DNA from: Myxococcales bacterium
GTDB taxonomy: Bacteria; Myxococcota_A; Polyangia; Polyangiales; DASUME01
DNA length: 64,000 bases
Direction of reading: 5' to 3'
NCBI GenBank assembly: GCA_047601445.1
Contig: JASGJH010000001.1
Coordinates: 6,368,001-6,432,000 of the forward strand
The translations under genes and the position numbers were made by a program. This document shows positions 43,416 to 54,302 of the stretch, piece after piece. The notes beneath the pieces are model-generated. The model made no database searches and was not told where the DNA came from. It saw only the letters and a list, made by a program, of their open reading frames with translations. Position 1 is the stretch's first letter. Each line of letters opens with the position of its first letter.

Positions 43416-45092
43416 GTGAGCCGAACGTCGTACGTGCAGACCACCCACGAGGTCTTCAACCAGCCCACGCCGCGCCAGGACTTCGACGCCTTCGCCAACG
43501 ATGCGGCCCTGGTGGAGGGCGTGCGGCGCGAGGCCCCGGAGTGGGTGGAGGCCAGGGTTTCCCCCTACGGGGCCGTGGTGGGCAGCGCGCGCGTGCAGAC
43601 CTGGGCCGCGCAGGCCAACAAGTTTGCGCCCGAGCTGCGGAGCCACGATCGCTATGGACATCGCGTGGACGAGGTGGACTACCACCCGGCCTATCATGAG
43701 CTGATGCGCGAGGCGATGGCGCACGAGGTGCACTCCCTCACCTGGACCCAGGGGGCGCGCGAGGAGCGGGGAGGTCACGTCGCCCACGCCGCGTTGCTCT
43801 ATCTTCATGCGCAGGCCGAGCCAGGCACCAGCTGCCCATTGACGATGACCCACGCGAGTGTGCCCGCGCTGCGCGCGCAACCCGAGTTGGCCGCGCTGTG
43901 GGAGCCGCGCCTATGTGGAACGGACTACGATCCGCGCTGTATCCCCGCGTCCGACAAGAAGAGCGCGACCATCGGAATGGCCATGACCGAGAAGCAGGGT
44001 GGCTCCGACGTGCGCGCCAACACCACGCGCGCCCAGCCCATCGACCTACCCGGACCTGGCCACGCCTACGAGCTCACCGGGCACAAATGGTTTTGCTCGG
44101 CACCCATGAGCGATGCCTTTCTGACCCTGGCGCAGACCCACCATGGCCTGTCGTGCTTTTTGGTGCCTCGCTTCTTGCCCGACGGAAACCGCAATCGCTT
44201 CTTGATCCAGCGGCTCAAGGACAAGCTCGGCAACCGCTCCAATGCCTCGAGCGAGATCGAGTACGACCGCACCTTCGCGCAGCTCGTGGGCGAGGAGGGG
44301 CGCGGCGTGCCCACCATCATCCAGATGGTCGCCCAAACCCGTGTGGACTGCGCAGCGGGCTCGGCGGGGCTCATGCGTAAGGCGCTCTGCGAGGCCATCC
44401 ACCACAGCCGTGAGCGCAGCGCGTTCGGCAAGCGGCTCTCGGAGCATGCTTTGATGCAGAGCGTGCTCGCGGACATGGCGCTCGAAGTGGAGGCCGCCAC
44501 CGCGCTGTTCTTGCGGGTTGCGCGCAGCTACGACGACGGGCGCACCAAGGAGATGGAGCGCGTGCTGGCCCGCTCGGCGACGCCGATCGCCAAGTATTGG
44601 GTCACCCACCGCACCCCGCGCCTCACCTTCGAGGCCATGGAGTGTCTGGGTGGCGCGGGCTACGTGGAGGAGAGCGGTCTGCCGCTCCTGTATCGCGAGG
44701 CCCCTGTGAACAGCATCTGGGAGGGCTCGGGCAACGTGCAGTGCTTGGACGTGCTGCGCGCGCTCGGTCGCGATCCGGCCGCGCTCGAAGCCTTGCTCGG
44801 AGAACTCGACGAGGCACGTGGCGCGGATGCCACGCTCGATGCGGTGATCAGCGAGCTCAAGCACGCCTTTCCCGACGTGACGCAGCTGACGTCCCTCGAG
44901 GCCCGCGCGCGCTACCTGGTGGAGCGCTTTGCGCTAACGCTCGCGGCGAGCCTGTTGTTTCGACACGCGCCCGAGTTCGTGGCGAGCGCCTTTTGCGCGA
45001 CGCGCCTCGGGGGCCAGGGCGGGGCTGAATACGGGGCGTTTTCGGCCAATATCGAGAGCGAGCACATCATCGAGCGCGCGCTCGCGGGCTGA
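43416..45092 (+). CDS. aidB: AidB-like acyl-CoA dehydrogenase
   Basis: THEVFNQP, CPLTMT, GMAMTEKQGGSDV, GHKWFCSAP, LKDKLGNRSNASSE, SIWEGSGNVQCLD; GTG start with SD AAGGAG. Confidence 0.9.
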   Translation: MSRTSYVQTTHEVFNQPTPRQDFDAFANDAALVEGVRREAPEWVEARVSPYGAVVGSARVQTWAAQANKFAPELRSHDRYGHRVDEVDYHPAYHELMREAMAHEVHSLTWTQGAREERGGHVAHAALLYLHAQAEPGTSCPLTMTHASVPALRAQPELAALWEPRLCGTDYDPRCIPASDKKSATIGMAMTEKQGGSDVRANTTRAQPIDLPGPGHAYELTGHKWFCSAPMSDAFLTLAQTHHGLSCFLVPRFLPDGNRNRFLIQRLKDKLGNRSNASSEIEYDRTFAQLVGEEGRGVPTIIQMVAQTRVDCAAGSAGLMRKALCEAIHHSRERSAFGKRLSEHALMQSVLADMALEVEAATALFLRVARSYDDGRTKEMERVLARSATPIAKYWVTHRTPRLTFEAMECLGGAGYVEESGLPLLYREAPVNSIWEGSGNVQCLDVLRALGRDPAALEALLGELDEARGADATLDAVISELKHAFPDVTQLTSLEARARYLVERFALTLAASLLFRHAPEFVASAFCATRLGGQGGAEYGAFSANIESEHIIERALAG

Positions 45093-45223
45093 GCTGCGAA
45101 AGAAGACACAGCGTGAGCGCGGCCAACCGCGTAAAACAGCCGGCGGCGTTCTTGGCCTGCTCGGATGATGCGTTAAATTCTACACAAGACCGGAGGAGGC
45201 GAGACACGGCAGAGGAGGCACAT

Positions 45224-45946
45224 ATGCTGTTTCGAGATCGCCACGACGCGGGTCGCCAGCTCGCCCAAAAGCTTGCGCCGCTTGCCGAGCATCATCCCGT
45301 CGTGCTCGCGCTGCCGCGGGGAGGAGTACCGGTCGCTTACGAGATCGCGCAGTCCCTGCACGCGCCGCTCGATGTGCTCGTCGCGCGCAAGCTGGGTGCG
45401 CCCGGGCACAAGGAATTTGGCATCGGAGCCGTGGCCGAAGGGGGCGGTCGCTACATCCATCCCGACACCTCGGCGATCCTTTCCGTGACGCCGGCCTACC
45501 TCGAGCGCGTCGAACGCGAGGAACGCGCCGAGCTGGAGCGACGCGTGCGAACCTATCGGGCAGGCGAGCCGCCCATCGATTGTCGGGGACGTCTCGTGAT
45601 CCTGGTCGATGATGGCCTCGCCACGGGGGCCACGATCCACGCCGCGCTGCGCTCGGTGCGCAAACAAGCTCCTATGTCCGTGGTGCTGGCCGTACCCGTT
45701 TGCGAGCCGGAGGCTGCTCGCGCGCTCGAGGATGCCGTCGAAGAGGTCGTGTGCACCTGGTCGCCGCTGGAGTTCAGTTCGGTAAGTCAGTGGTACGACG
45801 ACTTCGAGCAGACGTCGGACGACGAGGTCGTCTTGCTGCTTGCGCGCGCACGAAGTGAATACCAGGCGCGCTTGCAGGGCATGCGGAAGGCTGCCGAGCG
45901 GGCGCGAATCCCCGGAGTCCAGCACGGTGATCGCCAGCGGCGCTAG
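45224..45946 (+). CDS. phosphoribosyltransferase family protein
   Basis: FRDRHDAG, LALPRGGVPVA, PRPP-binding ILVDDGLATG, WYDDFEQ. Confidence 0.9.
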   Translation: MLFRDRHDAGRQLAQKLAPLAEHHPVVLALPRGGVPVAYEIAQSLHAPLDVLVARKLGAPGHKEFGIGAVAEGGGRYIHPDTSAILSVTPAYLERVEREERAELERRVRTYRAGEPPIDCRGRLVILVDDGLATGATIHAALRSVRKQAPMSVVLAVPVCEPEAARALEDAVEEVVCTWSPLEFSSVSQWYDDFEQTSDDEVVLLLARARSEYQARLQGMRKAAERARIPGVQHGDRQRR

Positions 45947-46348
45947 AGGGCTTTACCCGTGGCTACCGCACGTGAGGCGAGCTGTTTCGTTGGCGGGGGG
46001 GGTAGACCGCGGTTCGAACCGTGTAGCGCAGAGAACGGCGCCTGCCCCAACACCGCTGGCGGGGTGAGCGGGTGCATCGCCGCGTACTGTTTTTCACGAC
46101 GCTCGTTGCAGGGACTCGCCGCAGCGGTAGCGAGTGGGCATAAGACCAAGGGCGCGGGAGAGAGCTCGGTCATTTCCCTCTCGCTGTCGCCGACGAGCAC
46201 TCGCTTGACCGTCAAGTTGAAGGCGCAACCCGTGGCCCATCCGGACCGCGTATTGCTCGGCTTCGAGCGGCCTGGTCTCGGCGAGACCCTGAAGACCTGC
46301 AGCCTGAAGGTGGTCGCCAGACCTCGCTCTAAAGCGCCGATAAGCCCC

Positions 46349-46771
46349 TCAGCGCTTGCCCGGCACGTCGTGCAACAGCCGGCTGTGCGCCAGTCGCGCC
46401 CGCTCGTCGGCAGGCATCTTGTCGGCGGTGTCGACCAACACCTGATGCAGCTTGAGCTGGCCCGCGGCGGTGACGTTGCGCAAGTTGCTCAGGGCATCGA
46501 CCAGGGCTTGCTTGTCGAAGGGTTCACGGGTGAGGGCGGCGGCCACGGCTTCGCGCGCTTCCAGGACCTCGCGGCGCTGCGCGCGGAGCTCGGGCGCGTG
46601 GGAACCGAACATGTGCATGCCCTTGCCGGGACCCATCCCTCCATGGGCGAGCTGCCCGGGTGGCGGCCCCTTGGGACCGAACCAGCGCGCTGCCCCGAAA
46701 CCTAGCAAGAACAGGTTGAGCCCGAGCGAAACGGCGAGCGCCCAAACCAGCTTTTTGATCGGCGGATTCAC
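46349..46771 (-). CDS. periplasmic heavy-metal sensor (Spy/CpxP/CnrX-like)
   Basis: SLGLNLFLLG TM followed by a helical domain with EPFD and ending ADERARL. Confidence 0.75.
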   Translation of the reverse strand: MNPPIKKLVWALAVSLGLNLFLLGFGAARWFGPKGPPPGQLAHGGMGPGKGMHMFGSHAPELRAQRREVLEAREAVAAALTREPFDKQALVDALSNLRNVTAAGQLKLHQVLVDTADKMPADERARLAHSRLLHDVPGKR

Positions 46772-47295
46772 TTTGCGTCTCCTTCAAGCCGCTCTCCTTC
46801 GAATTGCCCGAGGTCGGTCACCAGCTCGTCCCCGAGCGCCAGGGCGCCGAACTCGGACAGCGCGGCGCTCTCGCTGGTCGTGCTCGCATCATCGCCGACG
46901 TCATCGAGCCTCGCATTGAGCGCGCTCTCCTGGTGCTGCGCGCCCGTGATCACGCCCAGGACCAGGGCCGCCGCAGCCGCCAGAGCCGCCCACAGGTTGG
47001 CCCGCTTCGGGAGCAGCACCACCACCTGGCCTCGCTGTGCTTCGCGCTCCGGAATCGAGCGCAAGCGGCGTTCGAGGCGAGGGGAGGGCATGAGCGCCTG
47101 GGGTTCGTCCGCGAGCAAGGCGTCGAGCTCCGCGGCTTCACGCCAGGCGGCGTTGGCGGTCTCCGAGCTCGCGAGCAAGGCCTGCACCGCCGCGCGCTCG
47201 GACTCCGGGATGCGCTCCAGGTTCGCGCCATAGCTGTCCACCAGCGCGCGCAGGCGCTCCAGTGAGATTTTCCTGGGTGTTTGCTCGTTGCTCAT
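46768..47295 (-). CDS. putative anti-sigma factor
   Basis: ATGA overlap with the sigma stop; L.D.YGA.L.R.P..ER...LDALL, one TM. Confidence 0.72.
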   Translation of the reverse strand: MSNEQTPRKISLERLRALVDSYGANLERIPESERAAVQALLASSETANAAWREAAELDALLADEPQALMPSPRLERRLRSIPEREAQRGQVVVLLPKRANLWAALAAAAALVLGVITGAQHQESALNARLDDVGDDASTTSESAALSEFGALALGDELVTDLGQFEGERLEGDAK

Positions 47296-47843
47296 CCTGC
47301 CTGCTCCCCGGCCAAGCTCGAAAGTCGTTCCCGCAAGGTGCGGCGTGCCCGCGAAAGCAGGGACTCCAGCGCCTCCACGGAGACCTGCAGAATCTCGGCC
47401 GCCTCCACGTTGGTGAGGCCCTCGAAGTGCACCAAGCTCAGCGCGGCGCGCTGCCGCTCGGGTAGGGTGCCGACCTCGTCGTGGACCCGCTGCGCCCGCG
47501 TGCGCACCAGGAGCTCGCGGCTCGGGCGCTCTTCGGAGGGCAGCCCATCGAGCGCGTCGGCATCCGTCTTCTTGCGCGAGCGCAGGGCGTCCACGCACAG
47601 GTTGTGCACGATGCGGTGCAGAAAGGTGCCGAGGCGCGCCTCGGGGCGATACGTCGCCGCGTTCTTCCAGAGTCTGAGGAATGCTTCCTGCACCATGTCC
47701 TCCGCTTCACTCGCATCCCGCAGCATGCGCCTGGCGTGCGCGGTGATGGACGGCGCATGACGCGCGGTCAGCGTGCGAAAAGCCTCCGCATCGCCGCGCG
47801 CCACGCGCTCCATCAACAGGTGATCGTCCTCTGGGTGTTGCAA
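47292..47843 (-). CDS. ECF RNA polymerase sigma factor
   Basis: GDAEAF, AEDMVQEAFLRLW, LPERQRAAL.L.HFEGL, ESLLSRARR. Confidence 0.92.
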   Translation of the reverse strand: MQHPEDDHLLMERVARGDAEAFRTLTARHAPSITAHARRMLRDASEAEDMVQEAFLRLWKNAATYRPEARLGTFLHRIVHNLCVDALRSRKKTDADALDGLPSEERPSRELLVRTRAQRVHDEVGTLPERQRAALSLVHFEGLTNVEAAEILQVSVEALESLLSRARRTLRERLSSLAGEQAG

Positions 47844-47891
47844 CGTGGACTCGGCTCGATGAATCTAGCGTGTCCCGTGGGCTCGCACCGC

Positions 47892-48530
47892 TCACAGGCT
47901 CTTGGTTGTGGCGGCGCCGGGGCCGCGACCGTGACCCTGACCGTGTTCGCCCTTGTCACAGCGGCCATGGCCATCGGACGCCATGAACGCCTGGGCCTCC
48001 TCGCGCGTGACCTTGCCGTCCTTGTTGGTGTCGAACTTGGTCAGCATCTCCTTGGCCTTGGCCAGCGCCTCCGCCTTGGTGACGACACCGTCGCCGTCGC
48101 TGTCGCCGCGCATGCCCTTGTCCCCGTGCTTGCCCTTGTGATGGCCAGGGCCGAAGGCCTGCATCTCCACCTGGCTCAGGCCGCCGCTCTTGTCGGTGTC
48201 GAGCTTGGTGAAGAACTCCTCGGGCATCCGCGGAACCTCGCTGCGCTCGAGCACCCCGTTGTCATTGGCGTCGCGGTCGGAGAAGTGCTCGTCGCGCTTG
48301 CGCTCGTGCGCGGCCTTACGCTCGTCCGCGGTGACCTTTCCGTCCTTGTTGGCATCCGCCTCACTGAAGTGGGCCAGTGCGGCAGCTTCCGCTTCCTGGC
48401 TGGTCACCACACCGTCGCCATTGGTGTCGAACTTTTCGAAGCGGCCCCCGTGCCCGGGTTGGGCTGCGGCGAGGCTCGCGCCGGTGAGGGTGCAAATCGC
48501 CGTAATCATGAGCCAACTGTTCTTCGTCAT
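47892..48530 (-). CDS. secreted EF-hand calcium-binding protein
   Basis: Signal peptide; six loops: DTNGDG, DANKDG, DANDNG, DTDKSG, DSDGDG, DTNKDG. Confidence 0.9.
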   Translation of the reverse strand: MTKNSWLMITAICTLTGASLAAAQPGHGGRFEKFDTNGDGVVTSQEAEAAALAHFSEADANKDGKVTADERKAAHERKRDEHFSDRDANDNGVLERSEVPRMPEEFFTKLDTDKSGGLSQVEMQAFGPGHHKGKHGDKGMRGDSDGDGVVTKAEALAKAKEMLTKFDTNKDGKVTREEAQAFMASDGHGRCDKGEHGQGHGRGPGAATTKSL

Positions 48531-48651
48531 GAGCTTCTTTCCTGCCTTCCTGCCTGGTCAAACGGGGCACCCGGCAGGTTCCGTCGCGGCCATCGAACTT
48601 TTTTTCGCGACCAATGTGGGCATGGGTTTAGGGGAGGGGCATTTGCCTTCC

Positions 48652-48689
48652 CCCCCACCCATCGCGAGGTTCGCTGCGCTCACGCGTGC
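48652..48689 (-). repeat. dispersed intergenic repeat, copy 4 (inverted)
   Basis: Reverse complement reads GCACGCGTGAGCGCAGCGAACCTCGCGATGGGTGGGG; next to a GGGGAGGGGCATTTGCCTTCCCC hairpin. Confidence 0.7.
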
Positions 48690-48733
48690 GCACACCTTGC
48701 GGCCGCGCCCATGAGTCCTAAAGCTGGCCCCTT

Positions 48734-50665
48734 ATGAAGCGCCTGCGTCTGGTCCAACTGCCCGTGCCCCAACCGGCGGCGTTGGCGGCCACCGGAAATG
48801 TCCCGCTCGCGGCGGGTTGTCTCGGTGTCTCGGCGCGCGTGCACGGCCTGGCCGAGCGCGGGCTCTCCATCGAGGTGGTGCCGCCCGCCGTGACCGACTG
48901 CTACGGCGACACGCTGCTCGCCGATTACATCGCGCGAGACGAGCCCGAGTTCGTGGGCTTCTCGCTGTACCTGTGGAACGTGGAGCGCAGTCTGCACCTG
49001 GCGCGCGAGGTGAAGCGGCGCTCGCCGCGCAGCAAGATCTTGGTGGGCGGTCCCGAGGTCGGCGCCGACAACCCGTTCGTGCTCGCGCAGCAGGGCTTCG
49101 ACATCGCCGTGACCGGAGAGGCCGAAGACACGTTTGCCCGCGTGATGTCGACGTTGCTCGAGGGCGGCGACGTGAAGGGGATGCCCGGAGTCGCGGTGCG
49201 CAGCTTGCTCGGGCTCGGCCCGTTCGGCCCGGCTCCCACTACGAACTTCCCCCTGACCGACTATCCGTCGCCATACCTGCAAGGCCTGGTGCCCGTGGAG
49301 GCTCAGCGCTCCACCTACGTGGAGACCGTGCGTGGCTGTCGCTCGCATTGCGCCTTTTGCTTCTACCCGCGCAGCAGCAACGTGCTGCGCGTGCTCGACG
49401 TGGAGCGCAGCGCCCAGCTGTTCGCCTCGCTGCGTGAGCGCGGCGCGCGCGAGATCGTGTTTCTCGACCCTACCTTCAACCATCGTCCCGACTTCGAGCC
49501 CCTGCTCGACGCCCTCGCCCGCGTGAACGCCGACCGCGCCGTGTCTTGCTTCGGCGAGGTGCGCGCCGAGGGGTTGACCCCGGATCATGCGGCGCGCCTG
49601 GCCCGCGCCGGCTTCACCAAGCTGGAGATCGGGCTGCAGTCCGTGAACCGCGAGACGCTCAAGCGCGTGAAGCGTGGCGGCAGCCCGGAGAAGGTGGCAG
49701 GCGCCGCCAAAATGCTGCGCGAAGAGGGCATCGACCTCTTGATCGATTTGATCATCGGCTTGCCGGGCGACACGGCCGACGACGTGGCACGCGGTGTGGA
49801 TTTCTTGCTCGAGAACGGGCTCGGCGATCAAGCCCAGGTGTTCATCCTGTCGCTGCTCCCGGGCACGGCCCTGCGCGCCTCGGCGGCCCAGGACGGCTTG
49901 ACCTACGATCCCGCGCCGCCTTACCGAGTGCAGAGCACCGCCACGCTCGATCGTGAGGCCCTGAGCCGCTGCCTGTTCGACGCCGAGGAGGCGCTCGGGC
50001 GCCGCCTCGATGAGTTGCCGCGACCGCACCTGGTGGCCCAGGCGGGCGATCCCGAGGACGTGTTCGAAGTGGATCTCGATGCTCCCTTCAGCTTGCACAG
50101 GCTCGAGCGTCCGGGCGCGCAGCACGTGGCGCTCTGGCTCAAGGGCCGTGACCTGTTCGCGCGCCGCGACGTGTGCATGCGCGCGCTCGATCTGCGCCTC
50201 GGTGTGGATCCGTATGCCACCATCGACGTGGTGCTGCGTCCCGAGCAGCCGTTCCCGCTCGACCTGATCGATGTGTTGCGCGCGCGTCTGGCCGGCGCCA
50301 CGCCCTCCTATGCGTCGCGAGCCCTGGCCCATCGGGGCGAGAACCTGCAGCGTCGTGTGTGCGTGGTGCTGCCCCAGGGCGTGAACTTTCCGGCGGACTG
50401 GCTCTCGGCGCTGCGCGACGAGGTACCGGTGTACCGCGAGCAGACGGCGCGCGAGGCCGTGGCGCACGCGGCGCAGCTCGGAGAGGAACGCGAAGCAGCG
50501 CGTATCCTCGATACCCAGGTGAGCTCCGAGCAGTGGTCGCAGCTGCTCGCGCATGCGGAACCGGCGGCCGTGGCGTTTGCGCAGCGGGATCACGAGGCGG
50601 CCTGGGTGCGCGGCGTGGTCGAGGCGCCGTCGGCGCTCCACGCGAGCAGCGCGCTGCTCGCGTGA
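48734..50665 (+). CDS. B12-binding radical SAM protein with C-terminal extension
   Basis: VGFSLYLWN, LVGGPE, GEAE, ETVRGCRSHCAFC (CxxxCxxC), EIGLQS, IIGLPGD. Confidence 0.9.
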   Translation: MKRLRLVQLPVPQPAALAATGNVPLAAGCLGVSARVHGLAERGLSIEVVPPAVTDCYGDTLLADYIARDEPEFVGFSLYLWNVERSLHLAREVKRRSPRSKILVGGPEVGADNPFVLAQQGFDIAVTGEAEDTFARVMSTLLEGGDVKGMPGVAVRSLLGLGPFGPAPTTNFPLTDYPSPYLQGLVPVEAQRSTYVETVRGCRSHCAFCFYPRSSNVLRVLDVERSAQLFASLRERGAREIVFLDPTFNHRPDFEPLLDALARVNADRAVSCFGEVRAEGLTPDHAARLARAGFTKLEIGLQSVNRETLKRVKRGGSPEKVAGAAKMLREEGIDLLIDLIIGLPGDTADDVARGVDFLLENGLGDQAQVFILSLLPGTALRASAAQDGLTYDPAPPYRVQSTATLDREALSRCLFDAEEALGRRLDELPRPHLVAQAGDPEDVFEVDLDAPFSLHRLERPGAQHVALWLKGRDLFARRDVCMRALDLRLGVDPYATIDVVLRPEQPFPLDLIDVLRARLAGATPSYASRALAHRGENLQRRVCVVLPQGVNFPADWLSALRDEVPVYREQTAREAVAHAAQLGEEREAARILDTQVSSEQWSQLLAHAEPAAVAFAQRDHEAAWVRGVVEAPSALHASSALLA

Positions 50666-50698
50666 GCTCAGGGCAGCATCGATAGGCTCAGCGAGCGC

Positions 50699-52879
<2,181 letters not shown>

Positions 52880-52979
52880 CTGCGGCCAATTTCGCGCTGG
52901 GCATCACCCTACGCAAGATTCACAGCGCTCACCAAGTAGTTCGATGCGCGCGCTGTGAGGGCCCCTGAACGGATTGCCT

Positions 52980-53966
52980 TCAGCCGAGCATGTCCTTGAC
53001 GGTGTCGCGCTCACCGACGAGTTCCTCGTTGGTCGCGGCGATCTTGCTCTTGGCGAAGTCGTCCATGTCCTTGGCGGCAAGGATCTCGTAGCCGCTGGCC
53101 GTGGTCTTGACCGGCACGCCGGCCCACACGCCCTCGTTGAATCCGTTGGAACCGTCGCTGTACACTGCCACCGAGTGCACCGTTCCGGGACGGGTGAGGT
53201 CACGCACGTGGTCGATCAGAGCGCTGCCCGCCGAGGCCGCCGAGCTGAGGCCGCGCGCCGCGATGATCTCGGCGCCACGCTTGCCCACCTTGGGGAGGAA
53301 CTCGTTCTTGAGCCACGCCTCGTCCTTGATGACGCTGGTCACGGGCTTGCCCTGGATCTTGGCGTGGGTGAAGTCGGCGAACATCGTCGGGCTGTGATTG
53401 CCGTAGATGTAGATGTCCGAGACGTCGGTCACCGCGACGTTGGCCTTCTTGGCGAGCTGCGCGGCGGCGCGGTTCTGGTCGAGGCGCACCATGGCCGTGA
53501 AGCGCTCCTTGGGAAGACGCTTGGCCTGAGCGGCGGCGATCATCGTGTTCGTGTTGCAGGGGTTGCCCACCACGGCCACGCGGCAATCGTCAGCCGCCAC
53601 CTCGTCGATGGCCTTGCCCTGACCGATGAAGATCTTGCCGTTGTCCTTGAGCAGGTCGGCGCGCTCCATGCCGGGGCCGCGCGGCTTCGAACCCACCAGG
53701 AGGGCCCAGTTCACGTCCTTGAACGCGACCTTGGGATCATCCGTGAGCACGATGTCCTGCAAGAGCGGGAACGCACAGTCGTCGAGCTCCATGGCCACGC
53801 CCTTGAGCGCCTGCTGGGCCTTCTCCACCGGGATCTCGAGGAGCTGCAGGATGATGGGCTGATCGGCGCCGAGCATTTCGCCGGCGGCAATGCGGAAAAG
53901 GAGGCTGTAGCCGATGTTTCCGGCGGCTCCGGTGACTGCTACGCGGATGGGTTTCTTGCTGGTCAT
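52980..53966 (-). CDS. mdh: malate dehydrogenase
   Basis: [67 protein letters not shown]. Confidence 0.96.
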   Translation of the reverse strand: MTSKKPIRVAVTGAAGNIGYSLLFRIAAGEMLGADQPIILQLLEIPVEKAQQALKGVAMELDDCAFPLLQDIVLTDDPKVAFKDVNWALLVGSKPRGPGMERADLLKDNGKIFIGQGKAIDEVAADDCRVAVVGNPCNTNTMIAAAQAKRLPKERFTAMVRLDQNRAAAQLAKKANVAVTDVSDIYIYGNHSPTMFADFTHAKIQGKPVTSVIKDEAWLKNEFLPKVGKRGAEIIAARGLSSAASAGSALIDHVRDLTRPGTVHSVAVYSDGSNGFNEGVWAGVPVKTTASGYEILAAKDMDDFAKSKIAATNEELVGERDTVKDMLG

Positions 53967-54302
53967 CTGGTGAACTCCAATGGCTCTGCTTCAAAGCTCG
54001 TTGGCCCGAGCGCTCTCGTCGACTTCGGCGGAGAACAGCCGCGATCTACCAAAGCCCGCCCAAGGTGCCACCCGGTAAAGTGTGGGACACCGGCGCACAA
54101 ACGGGAAAATGCGAGAAATCGGCCATGTGCGGAGACGGGTGCGGTGGCCGCGGCGGTGGCGGTTGTCCGAGAGGACCGTGGCTGGGGGACTGGCGCCGGC
54201 TGTCGGCCCATGCGCTGCTCCCGTTTGGCGAGACCCCTGGCCGCGGGACGGCGGCCGGATGGCCGCTCGGTCGCTGGCTGATGGGCGGCTACCTCCGACC
54301 GG

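Noticed and set aside
45947..46348. tmRNA or tRNA suggested by GGGGCT... and GGTTCGAA on the minus strand
   Set aside because: No acceptor-stem pairing, no proper T-arm or CCA end, no recognisable tag peptide
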